The notes under the pieces are model-generated. The model did no database searches and was not told the origin of the DNA. It saw nothing but the letters and a program-made list of their open reading frames with translations. Made by a program: the position numbers and the translations under genes. This document shows positions 36,876 through 50,844 of a stretch of 64,000 nucleotides of DNA, one piece after another. Where the stretch lies: contig CAIIXF020000001.1 in the NCBI GenBank assembly GCA_903813345.2, positions 13,454,001 through 13,518,000 on the forward strand, given 5' to 3'. The DNA is from Owenia fusiformis (lineage: Eukaryota). Numbering within the stretch: the first letter of the stretch is position 1; every line of letters starts with the position of its first letter.

Positions 36876-38980
36876 CAGGGGGACATATAAAGAATTGCTA
36901 TAGCTATGAAAATTACATACTGTCGCACATGTAATAAATTCTTAGCTCAGTGTATTCAGTGCTCTATTTTCTCTGTCCTAGTAAGTCCAAATGTAGTGGT
37001 ATTTGTGTCCTAATGACAAATAAGAACTTAAAAAGTTGAAGTGGATGTTCACATGTTAATGCCGACTCTTCAAATGTTGAGGTGATTTTGGAACCCGATT
37101 ACGCTGCAAGGGAGGATATACTCCCACAATGCTGATCCGCCATTTTGAAACCTGTCACGAGTAAATAAGGTAACTGATGTTGCATTGTGGGAGTCAATCG
37201 AGACCCTATCTGTTGCAAGACTAACGCCTGGCGTAACCGTCACCATGTTATTCAGTGTTTTTTAAGTAGCGCAAGGATCCTGCCATGACCGTGGTAATGT
37301 TATCGTGAAAGCCTGGTATAACCGCGACAATGCAGTATTATATTGCAATGCCTGCCATGACCGTGACAATGTAATATAGTTCTGCAAGGCTTGGTATGAC
37401 CGTAACAATGTAATATAGTACTGCAAAGCCTGGCATGACCGTGACAATGTAATATAGTATTGCAAGTTCAGGTATGAGAGTGGTAAAGTAGAAATTTACG
37501 ATTAGGACTGCTATAACCGTGACAATGTGTATTGCAAAGCCTGGCATGACCATGCCAATGTAATATAGTATTGCAAGGCTTAGTATGACCGCCATGGCAA
37601 TGTGATATAGTATTCCAAGTTCGGGTATGAGAGTGGTGATGTAGAAATTTATGATTGCTATAATTGACCGTGACAATGTGTATTTGAAAACCTGGCATGA
37701 CCATGACAATGTATTATGGGATCGCAAAGCCTGGTATGACCGTGACAATGTAATATAGTATTGCAAGGCCAGGTATGAGGGTGGTAATGTAGAGATTTAG
37801 GCTTAGTTCTACTATGACCGTTATAATGTATTGCAATGACTAGTAAATATGTATGACATTAATGCCAGGCATATCCTTAACAATTTTAAGTGATCCTCAT
37901 TACAATTCAACAGTTTAATACTATGATCATGGTGTTTAACTACCTTAATCATGTCAAAATCAAAATTACTACTATACATTAATATTCACATTCGGTTATA
38001 AACCACAATAAAGGCTACGGTCGCGCCAGGCTTCCACGATAACACTTCCAGGGTCATGACAGGCCTTGCAATAGAATACAACATTGTCACGGTTATACCA
38101 GCCTGTCACGGTTATACCAGGCTTACACGATAACACTACCACGGTCATGGCAGGATCCTTGCGCTACTTAAAAAACACTGATTAACATGGTGACGGTTGT
38201 GGCAGGCGTAAGTCTTGCAATAGATAGCATGTGAGTCAATCCTCCTTTGATCACAAACATGGCGATTCATATAAACATTCGTTTGCTTTGGTAGGGATTT
38301 ATCCATCATTTGCAGGTATGGAGCTTTGGATTCATTTATTGTGCTACTTAAAGTAGTGAACGGGAATTATTTTTCTACCGCTTGGCAGAGGTTGAGGTTT
38401 AGTTTTGTACCCCACTTTATAAAGCCTTCTAAAGTGGGGACAAAAGATAAACCTCAACCATCAAAAGTTGTCACAATGAGCTAAATTCTAAGTTTCGTGT
38501 CTCAAACTCTCCCAAGCAGTAGAAAAATAATTCCCTAGCACAATATATAAATCCAAAGCTCCATACCTGCAAATGATGGATAAATCCCTACCAAATCGAA
38601 CAAAATGTTTTCATGAATCGCCATGTTTGAGAGGATTGACTCCCAGAATGCAACATCAGTTAATCTTATTTACTCGTGACAGATTTCAAAATGGTGGAAC
38701 AGCATTTTGAAAGCTGGCATGTGTCATGTTGCATTCTGGGAGCCAATCTACATTGCGGCGTAATCAGGCTCCAAAATCACCTCAACATTTGAAAAGTCGG
38801 CATTAACATGTGGATATCCACTTCAAAGTTCTTATTTGTCATTATGGACACAAATTCCACTATATCTGGACTTACTGGGATGGAGAAAATAGAGCACTGA
38901 ATACACAGAGGTAAGAATTTATTACATGTATGACAGCATGTAATTTTCATAGCTTTTGTAATTCTTTATCTCCCCCACTG
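36876..38980. mobile_element. Palindromic Tc1/mariner-type MITE (~1.07 kb) interrupted by a nested insertion
   Basis: TA|CAGGGGG... and ...CCCCCACTG|TA. 36876-37199 plus 38242-38420 is the imperfect reverse complement of ~38430-38980. Confidence 0.85.
37200..38232. mobile_element. Mutator/foldback-like non-autonomous element with internal ~39-bp tandem repeats
   Basis: 9-bp duplication GAGTCAATC (37191-37199, 38233-38241); ~130-bp TIRs; internal GCAAAGCCTGGCATGACCGTGACAATGTAATATAGTATT repeats. Confidence 0.8.
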
Positions 38981-39393
38981 TAGAAGATCGACAATGTGGT
39001 TTGTAAGTCAGTTAGATAAAATTGCCTGTGCTGGACAACAGCATTGATGTCAAGGAAGGATCTACATGTACAGTATCAGAGGCAGTGAAAATAAAGCAAG
39101 ACACCACTGTACAGAAAAATATTCATATTTCCGATGCAATTATTTTTGGATTGCTTGTTATTTGGGTAACCATGGGCTGTCTCTTGAAACCCAATGAGTT
39201 AGCAAATGTGTAGCAAATGTGTGGCATGCGGCCCCGAGGGGTTCACTCTTCACAAAATATGACAGGGGTGTAGGCTGAACCCTCGGATATCAATATGTTC
39301 CCATACCAATCTGCCAAATTTCAATGTGTTCCCATATTAATGTGAACATTTTTTGAAAGAATATTAGATAAGAGTCAATTGCCCAACAGTATA

Positions 39394-39577
39394 CAGTAAA
39401 ACCTGTGTAAATTGAACATTTTTGCCATTTGCCAAGCAAAAATGTTCAATGTTGATAGGTGTTCACTACAGAGAGGGTAATAAATAGTATACAGAAGTTG
39501 GTAGTATGTGCCGAAGAAGGGTGTTCACTAGAGACAGGCGTTTACTTGAGAGGTGTTCACTAAGACAGGTTTTACTG
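39394..39577. mobile_element. pogo/Tigger-like MITE
   Basis: TA|CAGTAAAACCTGT ... ACAGGTTTTACTG|TA. Confidence 0.85.
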
Positions 39578-42155
39578 TACTTATTACTTAAGGATTTAAG
39601 CCAGCCAGTGCAATGTCAAATGACCATTCCTTGAAGATGGTGCTTTCCAAAATTTACATGAGATGCATCGAGTGTTAATTTTAGGAAACAATGCCTGAAA
39701 GGAATGGTCATTCCACAATGCATTGAACCTCGGGCTTAAAGTCTTTTCACACATTGCAAAATATTCTCTGCCAGGTCACTTAAAAGATACAAAATCACTT
39801 AAAGAACATATTTTCAATGAAACTTTTTGTCGAGTTGGCAAACCATCAATTTTATTCTGTAGAGTCAAGCTATCACCTTGACAACCACAGTAGGAGTAAC
39901 CTTGGATGTGGTGATTGGTGATATAATGCACTGCAGATATATGAAATACTGTGATTGACTGGAATTGACTCGCCTAGCTATGTATGAAATGAGCATCTTT
40001 TTAAAACTAGTTGACCTTATTTATAAATCAGTGTTGACTTGTTGGTTTGCAAGATTTAACATCCATTCTTTTCTGTCTTTGTAGCAACTGACATAAAAAT
40101 CATGCAGTGATTATAGTAAAAATCTTTCTTATCATACTTGTATTTAAGTACATTCTGCTAATTAAGGTTTTGGTAGTTTTTGTTTTGTGTATTATACACT
40201 ATAGTTACCAATACATATATAACATACTTAAGTTGCACTATTGTTACCAATACATATATAACATACCCAAGTTGCACTATAGTTACCAATATATATATAT
40301 GTATATATATATATATTATACACTATAGTTACCAATATGTAATTGTAATAATAAATAAAGTTTCCTCTTAATATAAACAGTAAATCAATTCTTGTTATCA
40401 CCTATCGTAATGAGTGTTTATAATTGTTTGATGAAATTGAGCCATCGGCACGTGAGGTTAATCAAAATTAGTGAGAGGTGCAGATGACTTTATTTTGTCT
40501 TAAATCTTTCCCCATGTATTATTGTTACAACTAAATGTGACTGAATTTTTTTCACATATATAAGTTAATAGCACATATTCATAGAGAGATTGACAATCAT
40601 ATTTTGCCAAGTAACATTACATAGATGTTCTAGCTAGGACAAGTATTACTACATCCAAAAGACCAATCCATATTTCCAGCCATTTGAAACTGACACCCAT
40701 TGTTCAGGATTTTCAGTTATCTGGACAAAGATCCAAAAACTTTCCATAAGGAAAAACTCTACAAATTTCTTTATGGGACATTGTATCCTCAAAACAAAAC
40801 CTCATCAAGTTTGATAAGGAGTGGCATCAACATGCTATAGGGAAGTTCATTTCATTATTGGCTTTTCCCTACCTTCTTTAATGTTACTAAATTTAAGAAT
40901 GGTGTAATTTACAAGACTTTTTGTAATTCAGATTCAGTCCTAATTACTTCAAAAAATACTTTGATTGTATTCAAAATGCTGTTATTTGCCTCTAGACTAG
41001 ATAACTGATCTCGTACAGCCATAATGGTTGCAGGATTCTCACTATAAACAAATTAGAATATGACTTAATAGAATAAAATTAATTCAATATGATGTAAGTT
41101 CATAACTGGGCTGACTGGATGAACTTCATTGTGGTTAAATCATGGTTTCCTTCAAATTAGATTGTTATCTTATGAATTTTTCACATTGTGTCAATGGGAA
41201 ATCTAGCCCTACTTTTCAGATTTTTATATGAATCTTTTTTTACTGATCAAGTCAATGCCAAGTTGTTGATTTTATAGCAAATTTAATATTTAGCTGGATG
41301 GTAAAAAACTCATTAAAAGTACTTTATTCAATTGGTATTCAGGTTTGATATGATAGGTACATGTATTTTGAAAAGACATTAGTAGGCAAATATGTTCCTG
41401 TTGCATTCAGATGTATTTTGTAATTCTTGTTAAATCCTTTTACCTTTGTTTTTGATTAATGTCTGCACAAAAGAATTATGGTAAATTATTCAAAGGCTAA
41501 ACTAAACTCCAATGATAGAAAACTATAATCATGAAAAAAATCCATATTTCCATCTTTTGTATTGATAGTAGCTAAGGTTCTTGTTTTTTTTAAATTATAT
41601 TTTTTCATGGGAATATTGGATTTTCAGTCCAGCTCATTTTTTGTTATTTTCATTTGCTTCAGTAAAAATGAGTGGATCAATCATTTTTAATTAAAAAAAA
41701 TGTTTTTGAAAGAAATAAAAGTTTGACCCTATTTTTTTATTTACACATCTGAATCTTATTTGAAAACAGTTTTTTTATTGCTTGTGTTCAAATACTTTGG
41801 TATTCATTACACTTTTTTTTATTAGATTTTTTTTCTCATAAGCAGTTGAAGGCTTGGCCTGCATATAACCTTTAGTTGAGAAACAGCCTTGGTTAAAGGA
41901 AGACGTTTGAAGCATAGTATGTATCATTGGTTTTTGAGGTATGTTTAATGCTTTAGGAAGAAATATCTTCAATATTGTTCAATTGTTATTGAGTAATAAA
42001 AGGACAGGCAAGGAAAATTCGCATTTGGGTACTATCTAGCTTGTTGTTTTATGACTATATGCTAACGAAAAAAGACTATCGCAATAGTAGTATTTCCGAG
42101 ATTCATGTACAAATACCATATTGCAGATGAAAAAACTTATTTATTTATGTTTCAG

Positions 42156-42472
42156 GGCACAAATGATTAAGATGGAACCGTACCCTATTGGGGAGCCTTC
42201 GCCCGTCATATCACATGACAACGAGCCTCAGCCGTCATCTTCTCAGCTGTCCCCAAGATCTGTAGGCCCTGGACGCCCACCTAAGGGACAAGAGCTTGAC
42301 TACTCCACCAAGAGCCACAAGTGTGAAGTTTGCGGCAAGCTGTTTCCTAATTCGCAACAGTTAGGCCAGCATCACTTAGTCCACAGTGGCTTGCGTAAAT
42401 ATCGCTGCTCATTCTGCGATAAAACATTCAAGCAACTTTCCCACATACAGCAACACAACAGAATGCACACGG
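42156..42472 (+). CDS. Gene 3 exon A: divergent rotund/ZNF362-like C2H2 protein (join 42156-42472, 48253-48437, 48842-48968, 49429-49619, 50845-51639; 535 aa from ATG 42163)
   Basis: TTTCAG| acceptor (phase 2); fingers CEVCGKLFPNSQQLGQHHLVH and CSFCDKTFKQLSHIQQHNRMH; donor ACGG|GTAAGC, phase 1, splitting the TGERP linker. Confidence 0.9.
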
Positions 42473-42989
42473 GTAAGCTTCTCCTTAGTACAGTAAAACC
42501 CATCTAAGTCAAACAAATCTATATATTTATCTTTTTCACTAATATGGCCAGAAACACGAACATGTGTGTAACCCTTGTTTTAAAAGGTTCGGGATATTGG
42601 GATTATCCTTAGAGAAATATATCTGCTGGATATTCCAAGAACAATCTGTCAAATGATATCCTATTACAATTTACATGTTTTGGTAAAATCGTTGAACAAG
42701 ATTTCTTGGTGCTCTTCTTCATCTTTTAATACATCATAAATGGCTAAAAGAGAATACGAATGGGGATAAAGAACAATTCTGTTTCAATCATAAAAATTAG
42801 GACACCACAAGAGAGTGAAAGTACCAAAACAAACACCTCTATATGCCTCATGTAACATAAGCCAAATCTTTCCTTGAATTACCATTTCCCATTGTTTCAA
42901 AAATTGCATAATAACAGAAAATGTTAGAAATCTCCCGAAGTGTTAGTTAAGTTTTTTCTGAGAAATTTTACAAAATAGGCAAAAATGTG

Positions 42990-45426
42990 TTTTTTATGTC
43001 ACCACCAAAATTGGCGACATATTGCTATAGTTTCCAACTTTTTTGTGGACACTTGACAGTCAGTCAATCTGTAACAATTTCTTATAACAGAGCTTAGGCG
43101 TTTGTAACAATTTCTTAATTAAGTCTACACCTACAGGTTAATTTTCAGTCTAGTTTAGGTCTACGCATACAATGTACAGGTTAACTTTCAGTTTAATAGC
43201 TACAGTTTAAAGGGGCAACAAAGACTGAAGAGAGAAAATTCAAAAAATTTTCCTTTTTCTGAGCTATCAAGGCATCTTCTTTGACATACCTATTTTCTTA
43301 AAGTGTATGGATAAACTAATCAATTTCAGCATTAAGAAGTGTAAATTCAGTTCAAAGCTTCTATAAAGGGAGTCCCACTTATAGATTTTTACGATCCACC
43401 ACTTTTCAATAGGAATATCAGCTGATGTAATGTTCATCCAGGGCCTAGGGGGTTTCTTTGTGTATAATAAAAATATATGTTAGTCTTGATGAAGTATCCA
43501 AACTTCAACATATTTTGACACTGGTCGATGATCGTTGAATGACCCTCTGCACTAATTGTTGCTGTTTACTTTAGATTTGACCTTCGATGATCTTCTCAAG
43601 GTCAAAAAAGGACAAAAAGGTATTTTTTCAACTTGCTTCAAACCAATTGTTTTCAAGAACCATTTTTTTCAAAATCATGTACAAGTTGTCAGGAGTTCAA
43701 ATTTAACTTAAAGGAATATTCCTTGCCATACCCTTTCTCTCTTGATATGGTAGCTATAATCATATATATAGTTTCCATATTTAGCAAAACATGGGAAAAT
43801 GTTTTAATACGGTCAATATTGATTATTTAAAAATCTAGTGCTTATTTCCAGTGAGCTGCCATCTTTTAAGATTTCTTGCTGGAAGTGATGTCATCAACTC
43901 TCAACCAGGGCACGCCTTAAGCGTCGGACTTGTCCGGTAGAATATTGATGGGACCGGTTAAAAATTAAAAACTGTCGGCCATACTGACCGATACATACTA
44001 GTCAACTGGAAATACGGCCTGGATATTTTGTCCGATACCTTGACACGACCCCTAAACTTAGCTGGGAGTGTGGCTGTTCATTCATCTTTACACGCCCCTT
44101 ATATTTAATTTAATATTAATTAATGGAGCCTACGTTTGTTAACTGTTCGACGATGATCCACAGGGGTCAGTGTCATTAATAGATCAGCCCTTACGTCACT
44201 GCATACATAATTAATCAACCCTTACGTCACTGCATGCATAATTAATCAGTATCACGTGAATATACGAATATATCCAAATATAGGTAACGGAAAGTAGCGA
44301 ATGCTAATTTTACCCTAATTCAGGAACTATTTCTTTTTCCGGTCAAGTTCGATGCATTTGCAAAATCTGCGGGTTGAATCATTCCGGCCAAACCTGGCGT
44401 CAAGGTATGCAGAATAGCTAGAAAGATTACTCAGTAATCCTAGATCATCTAGAACTATAATTTATGTCCCTTTTAAGCCATAAATTGCCGCAAAATGATA
44501 ATTTCCAGTTCAATTTTTAAAAATGGCGGTTGAAAAAGTTTCGTAATGAGTGCTTAGGTTATAAGTTCATCACTCATTATATAGATCCATGCGCCATGAT
44601 GACTATGAATGAGTTTTACTACGATCAAATAATTTTTACTACGATGTGATGTTTTTGTTTTTTTCTGATTTATTTTCATTGACCAGCTAAATCTCTCAAT
44701 GACCAGCAGGTTTTGGAGTGCTGCTGGTCATTGTGACCAGCTGATTCTACAGTTGACCACCTCGAATTTTAATACTGCTGGTCATGATGACCAGCAGGGA
44801 AATTTGGCTTAAGGCATGCCCTGCTCTCAACTTCTATAACCTTGCCCATAACAGTATAGGAAAGTAGCACAAAATCACTTCTAGACAAGTGATCATTACT
44901 TTCTGTGCAAAAATATTTTCAGGGCTTGTCAACTTAGAATAAAAGAAGAGATTTTCAGAAGGATTAAATAAGATACAAAGTTGAAAAATATATTTAGAAT
45001 ATTTAGTTGGTTTTGTAATTCTTAATAGCTCCTCACCTAATGCTATATGCAAAGTTGAGAGTCAATGACATCACTTCCTGTGTGAAATTTTAAAAGATGG
45101 CAGCTTACTGGAATTGAACATCACATTTCTAAGTGATCAAATTTGACCATATCAAAACATTTTTGCGTGTTTTGCTAAACATGGCAAGCATATATATTGT
45201 TATAGCTACCATATGAGGAGAGAGATGGTTTGGCAAGGAATATTCCTTTAAGATTTGACCTTCAATGAGCTTCTCCAAGCGAAGGCCGTTTCAACTTCAA
45301 AATTACCAATTTTCTTTTGCATTTAATCATCTACAAGTTCTCAGAAGTTCAAATCAGACTTCAGATTTGAACTCACAATATTGTGATCAACTAGGTGGTG
45401 ACAATTTTCCATGTGTAATGTCTTGT
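42990..45426. mobile_element. Composite Helentron/HINE-like element with internal ~200-bp inverted repeat and nested hAT
   Basis: Ends TTTTTATGTCACCACCA..GGCGACAT and GGTGGTGACAATTTTCCATGTGTAATGTCTTGT match the compact copy at ~59143-59282; inverted repeat ~43705-43905 / ~45054-45255. Confidence 0.5.
43906..44823. mobile_element. Non-autonomous hAT transposon
   Basis: 17-bp TIR CAGGGCA(C/T)GCCTTAAGC, perfect 8-bp TSD CTCTCAAC, subterminal TGACCAGC repeats, CpG-rich interior. Confidence 0.92.
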
Positions 45427-48252
45427 CTATAGCCTTAGTGTTAATATCAAGTAGACTAATACATGTATAAACTTTATTAAGTCACCACCACAAGTGGTAA
45501 CATACTGTTATAGTCTCCAACGTTTTTATGTCACCACCACAAATGTTGACATAATGATTATCAAAGGAATGACACTATTTGTCCCAGCCTTGAATATACC
45601 ATTAGAAAGGGCAAATTGTAAGGAATAAGGATTTACATGAAAGAACTCCTCTAGTTTTAGTAGCTTATGGACATTAGGAGCAATTTTAACATTCTTGAAG
45701 TTTAAATACAATACAATATTTAATGTACTGAAGTGACCAAGTTAATATATAGTGACCAAAAAAAGAATGATTTTGTCATTTGACCTTTAATGCCACATTA
45801 TTTTACCATTTTTTCACCTATCAAACTGAAACAATTCCAAGCTCGGGAATGTAGAATGTAACATGAAATACTGTGTTAAATGTAAATTTAAAAAGTGCAA
45901 TGACAAAAAATATGACCTATAACTTGAAATGCCACAATCAATTTTCTACTTGGCATATTTTTGTCACATTCAGTAAATGCCATTATCTCAGGTATGAAAG
46001 TAATGAACTATGAGGCAAATTCAATTAACAATTTGTATTGTACTTTGGAAATTTTGTACCATGAATGTAATTCCAAGAACCAACTTCTTTACATTAACAG
46101 AACATCCCAACAAAAGTATGGGTAGTGAATTTTTTTACAAATAGCATCTGAGGAGGTTTGCACACTTATTGTTACAATTTTGAGAAACATTTTCACTTTC
46201 ATTCAAAGTAGTAATCAGGTAGTAATTTCAAATATATCATTTTTAAATACAGATTTAGTTTGACACTTATTTTTTCTTCATGTACATGTACAAGAATAAA
46301 GTTAAAATCATGCATTCAGTTATTCATCAAAAATCAAAAATGTGACGTTTGAAAAAACTGTTTTCTCATATTCCGAATTTTTCGAACCATTTATTATGAA
46401 ACGAAATCAATAAATATATGTTTAGATATTGAAAATATATCCTGTTAGAATTATTTTATATATGAAAAATATAACTGATTCATAATTGTTTTTATATATT
46501 TCATACCGTCTCATCTTTAACTACCACTTAAAATATTTTGATGTATGACAATTTCGTTTCTTGCTAATTTGACATTCACAAAAACTTTATGGCGGACGAT
46601 AATAATTTGAGTATGAAATCGTGAGAAAAAGTCTCTAGCTCGGACTTTCTGGGCTCATTCTATTGCTAACAATAAGACCGATAAGTTTTAAGAAATTCTT
46701 CTTTTGAATATTCTTTCTAAGATTCCTCAGATATAGTATCATCCATGGGCTTATCCCAAAGGGCAGTAACCTCAATGCTTAATCTGCTTCCTCTCAGTCC
46801 TTGATATAAGCCATGAGCTTTCGATATATTTCAATTCTATTGAAAGCCCATGTATAAACATGATACATGTTAACTTATTTCTCTGTGTTGTACCCTAGCC
46901 TAGTTGCAGCTTGCAATGACAACTTGAAGAAACATTGTATCTTAGTAAGCCAATTAGGTCCGAAATTCCGAAAGTTCTGAATTCTGAAAACAGGTTCCGA
47001 AATCCGTTCCATTCCAATTCCGTTCTGTGACAGCCTTAGTGATATGCATATCTTAGAGGGCTATCTTGGAGAAAAATTAATTAAATATGGTGGTCTCCAA
47101 ACTCGCTGCACCCTAATTCAAAAGCCGAAGTTGAATTCAACTCAACTTTTGTGCCTCAAATAGTAAATAGCATACATTCACAATTTAATATAACTGGATA
47201 TGATATGATGTCATTCAGGTGGTAAAATAATTTTTCAAGGATTTTCAATTATCTTCTAGTACAAATATTTTCTAAATATGCTAAGCGATCAAATGAAGCA
47301 ATATTGTTGGCCTTCTAGGTTGAAAATAAGTTTTTCTCATGTTTCAGATAATTAGTGTCATCAAAGAGAGAACGAAAATTTTAAAATGCTTTTTTTCTAT
47401 GAACCACTTTTCTGCAGTTAATTTCTTGCTACCAATTTTCTTATTTTTTCAAAATGGAAAAAGTTAGGATGTATGTTATGCGTTGGTTTAAATTACTGGT
47501 GATCATTTAATTTAAATTTGATTTGAACTAAATTCACATTTTTTTGAAGAAAAAGTCCTTCAAAATTAAATAGAAAAATTTCACCTTTGATAACATTAGG
47601 TTAGAATATAATATAAGCCAGTGTCTTAAATTTTATATCGGTCCTTTAAGGCTGACACTCTCACCTAGGGTGTTCCAGAATATGGCTTTTTCATGCTAGC
47701 AAGATGCAGTTCAGCCCAGATGGGCTCTTGATAGTAAAGTTTAAGCTGAAAAAAATTCGGTTCCTAAAATCGACGTTTCACCCCCCCCCTACCGACATTT
47801 TTGCGAAAACTGGTAAAAAACGGCAAAAAACGTCATTTTCTAGCCTTACAAGGTAAAATATGAAGGATGGATGTCAGAAACCTTGTCAAAATCATTAGGT
47901 TATGGTCATACAGTTGAAAACATAGTATACCTTGTTCATTAATTATTTAACAGTCTCACCTTTGAAATGGTGAACTTTTTCAATTGATTTTATTTTCAGC
48001 AAATAATGCTCAGATATTCTTTTTGTTGAAATAATTACATTTTCAGTTTGCTTCAGCTTCTTAATGTCCTGGATGTTAGGTCCTTAATTTTGTACAAAAT
48101 GGTTTTAGTACTATAATTACCAGGATTCTATAGACCAATAGATGTACTTAATGGCAGAAAACTTCTGATTATTTCAATTTCTGTATTTGACTATAATGCC
48201 ATTGGATTGATTCTCAACGGGTATTTTATATGAAAATATTGTATAATTACAG

Positions 48253-48437
48253 GTGAACGCCCATTTAAGTGTGGTGTGGAGAATTGTGGGAAGGGGTTCA
48301 CGCAGCTCGCCAATTTACGTCATCATATGACTGTACACGAGAAACACCTTGGCTTGTACGAGAGAAAACAGTATCAGTGTACAGAGTGTAACAAAACATT
48401 TGTTACACAGTCGAGCCTTCAAACACACAAAAATAAG
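48253..48437 (+). CDS. Gene 3 exon B (finger 3 and most of finger 4)
   Basis: TTACAG| phase 1: GERPFKCGVENCGKGFTQLANLRHHMTVH...YQCTECNKTFVTQSSLQTHKNK|GT, phase 0. Confidence 0.9.
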
Positions 48438-48841
48438 GTACACCATATAAAGGAAAAATCTCAAAAGTTTAAACTAAAACTCATTCGTCTATTAAAAGTA
48501 TTTTCTAATAGGACTTTGAAGGAGCACTATATTGTTATCTTGTGCTTTTGGGCGGTTGAATAGGTGCCACATACATCTTTTCATTAAAATCCCAGGAAAA
48601 CCACTTACGGTATCTGTTAAACTTCAAATTTTTACAAATGCAACTAACAGACTCATGTCAAGTTCTGATTAGGTTTTGGGCCAGGTTTTGGGCATGCTGG
48701 GAAAATTTCATGGTGGCCATTTACAATGTAGATCTACATCACTTCTCTCAATGACTTATTTAAAATTAATGATAAAGATAATTGCAACTATGGTGAAAAG
48801 AATAAAGTAGTTAATGATATTTAATTATTTTTGTTTTTCAG

Positions 48842-48968
48842 CAACATAATGGTGAAGGAAACACGGATACAATTCCCTGTCCATATTGCCGAAAGAGCTA
48901 TACAAGTGAGGTTGCCTTGGCAACGCATGTTTATCACAATCATACAAGTTTCTGGTCCCAGTTTGCAA
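48842..48968 (+). CDS. Gene 3 exon C (end of finger 4, finger 5); not shown in the ORF track
   Basis: TTTTTCAG| phase 0: QHNGEGNTDTIPCPYCRKSYTSEVALATHVYHNHTSFWSQFA, then A|GTAAGT, phase 1. Confidence 0.88.
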
Positions 48969-49428
48969 GTAAGTCTACATGTATTTGTATATAATTCAGG
49001 GAGAATTATCATAAACTTGTAAAACTAAATTAAATTCAGAGGTTCCTGGATTTTTCAAAACTAGTATTTGAAAGATTGTTTGTTCTTTACGGAAGATTCT
49101 TCATTTGAAGCTTTTATATTTGTGTTGGTGGAATAACACCAATTTCTGGTCACTAATGCACAATAGGTATAACAGTAATATTATTAAATCACATCACACT
49201 TCAAGTAAATAGATATATGGGATTCGGGAATACATATTCCACAACAGGTCAATGGGATTTTGTTTTCCAAGAAAGATGATTTAGATTTTTTTGAAGTGCT
49301 GTTTGTTTTAGGCATGTCTTGCTTCTAGATTTTTACATCTGCCAACAAAGAATTGACTTTAAGTGAAGATATAATGCAATGATGTATTTGCTTGTATATG
49401 AACGGTATATATAACAGTCTTTTTACAG

Positions 49429-49619
49429 CATTCTCTGGGAAAAAATCATTACATGATTTTCTCCCAACTGGCAAACCCGTATCTGCAGCATCTATTCCAC
49501 AGCGATTTGAATGCCAGATTTGCCACAAGAAATATAGCCATGAGTCTGGGCTTCTAAAACACATGGTTATACATCCTAGCCTGGTCAGCAATCCAGATAT
49601 AAAGGTCTACCCCTGCAAG
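49429..49619 (+). CDS. Gene 3 exon D (finger 6, start of finger 7)
   Basis: TTTTACAG| phase 1: ...FECQICHKKYSHESGLLKHMVIH...VYPCK|GTGAGT, phase 0. Confidence 0.9.
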
Positions 49620-50844
49620 GTGAGTGGAAAATAATGTTTTATGATGTGCAACTTTGGATTTCGATTTGGGGAAAATGTCATATATAATATTGACTGATGT
49701 AGGATCCAATTTTGAATTTTTTTATTCTGATTGAAAGTGGTTGGCGGTCAGTGTCTGTAACAAATAGCAGGTAGTGACATTTTTCATGTTAATGCCTTGT
49801 TTAAATTTGTTTTCACACACCATTACCAGAAGTACTACCTATTTGTTGCATTCAGTATTACGTTACGTTTGGTATTTTAGAACAATTATCTAAAAAAAAG
49901 ATTTTCCAACTCTTTTCCGATGATGGCACTTGCACTATTTAAAATGTAGTCTGTGTAGTCTGTATTTGAAATAAACAAGAAGAAAACAATGAAAACAGTG
50001 AGTCTGTAATGCATAATTTCCTGTTTTGTTATTTATTTGTTTTTTGTTTTTTTATTGTTTTTGAATGATAAGGACAATGAATCTATCTAATCTAATTTCC
50101 TGTTTTGGTCTTATTATTGTTATAATTGAGAATGCCTTCATATTTCTATTAAAAGTACAGTGTTGTAGACACAAACTTTGCACAGATCTTATTGATGGAT
50201 ATGCAGAAGTCACTTCTGTAACTCTTCCTAAAATTGGATAAATAAATCTTCAGAGGGTTCTGGATAAGAAAGGTTAAAAGACCAGGGTGTTGTTGGAATA
50301 TTCTAGTCAAGAGAACTGCATTTTCTGCATAGCTTATGTTCCACTTTTGGATATTATACTCAAACAACCACATTTGAGACAAAGTTCATAAGAACAAGAT
50401 TAATGAACACTTCAGGGATAATAGAGCATGTAATGCATAACTTAAGCTCTTCAATAGATGGATGAACCTTACAATGGGAAAAATGTTCAGTAGAATGGGA
50501 AATTGGAAAGAATGGGTGGTTGCATGACATACTTAACTGTAAATTGTCAGTCCATCTTTGTCCATCCTCCAGCCAACTATTTGTCTGTCTGAAAAATATT
50601 CTGTCTCTAAAAGATACGGGGTCACATAAACCTTGGCTTCTTTGGAGAGATACATACAAGTATGTACATGTATGTATGCCAGTAAAGTGTGGTGCTCAAG
50701 ATCTGCTGTTGGTGAACCATATGTCAAATAATAAATTTTTGTATTACAGTTCTTTCACAAATATGCCTAATAATGATAATAATTCCTAATGACATGATAT
50801 TAGTAATGCATTAATAATAATAATAACATTTCTTAATGTTTCAG

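Noticed and set aside
39022-39213. ORF with VKIKQD and a hydrophobic stretch as a possible upstream exon of gene 3
   Set aside because: Non-ATG start, no convincing acceptor/donor pair, and it sits between MITEs.
46950-47850. CpG-containing patches with TTCCG repeats and TTAAGGCT ends as a possible promoter
   Set aside because: They look like fragmented transposon ends inside an intron of gene 3; boundaries could not be defined.
48911-48924. RFX X-box palindrome GTTGCCTTGGCAAC
   Set aside because: It lies inside a zinc-finger coding exon (VALAT), so coding constraint or chance explains it.
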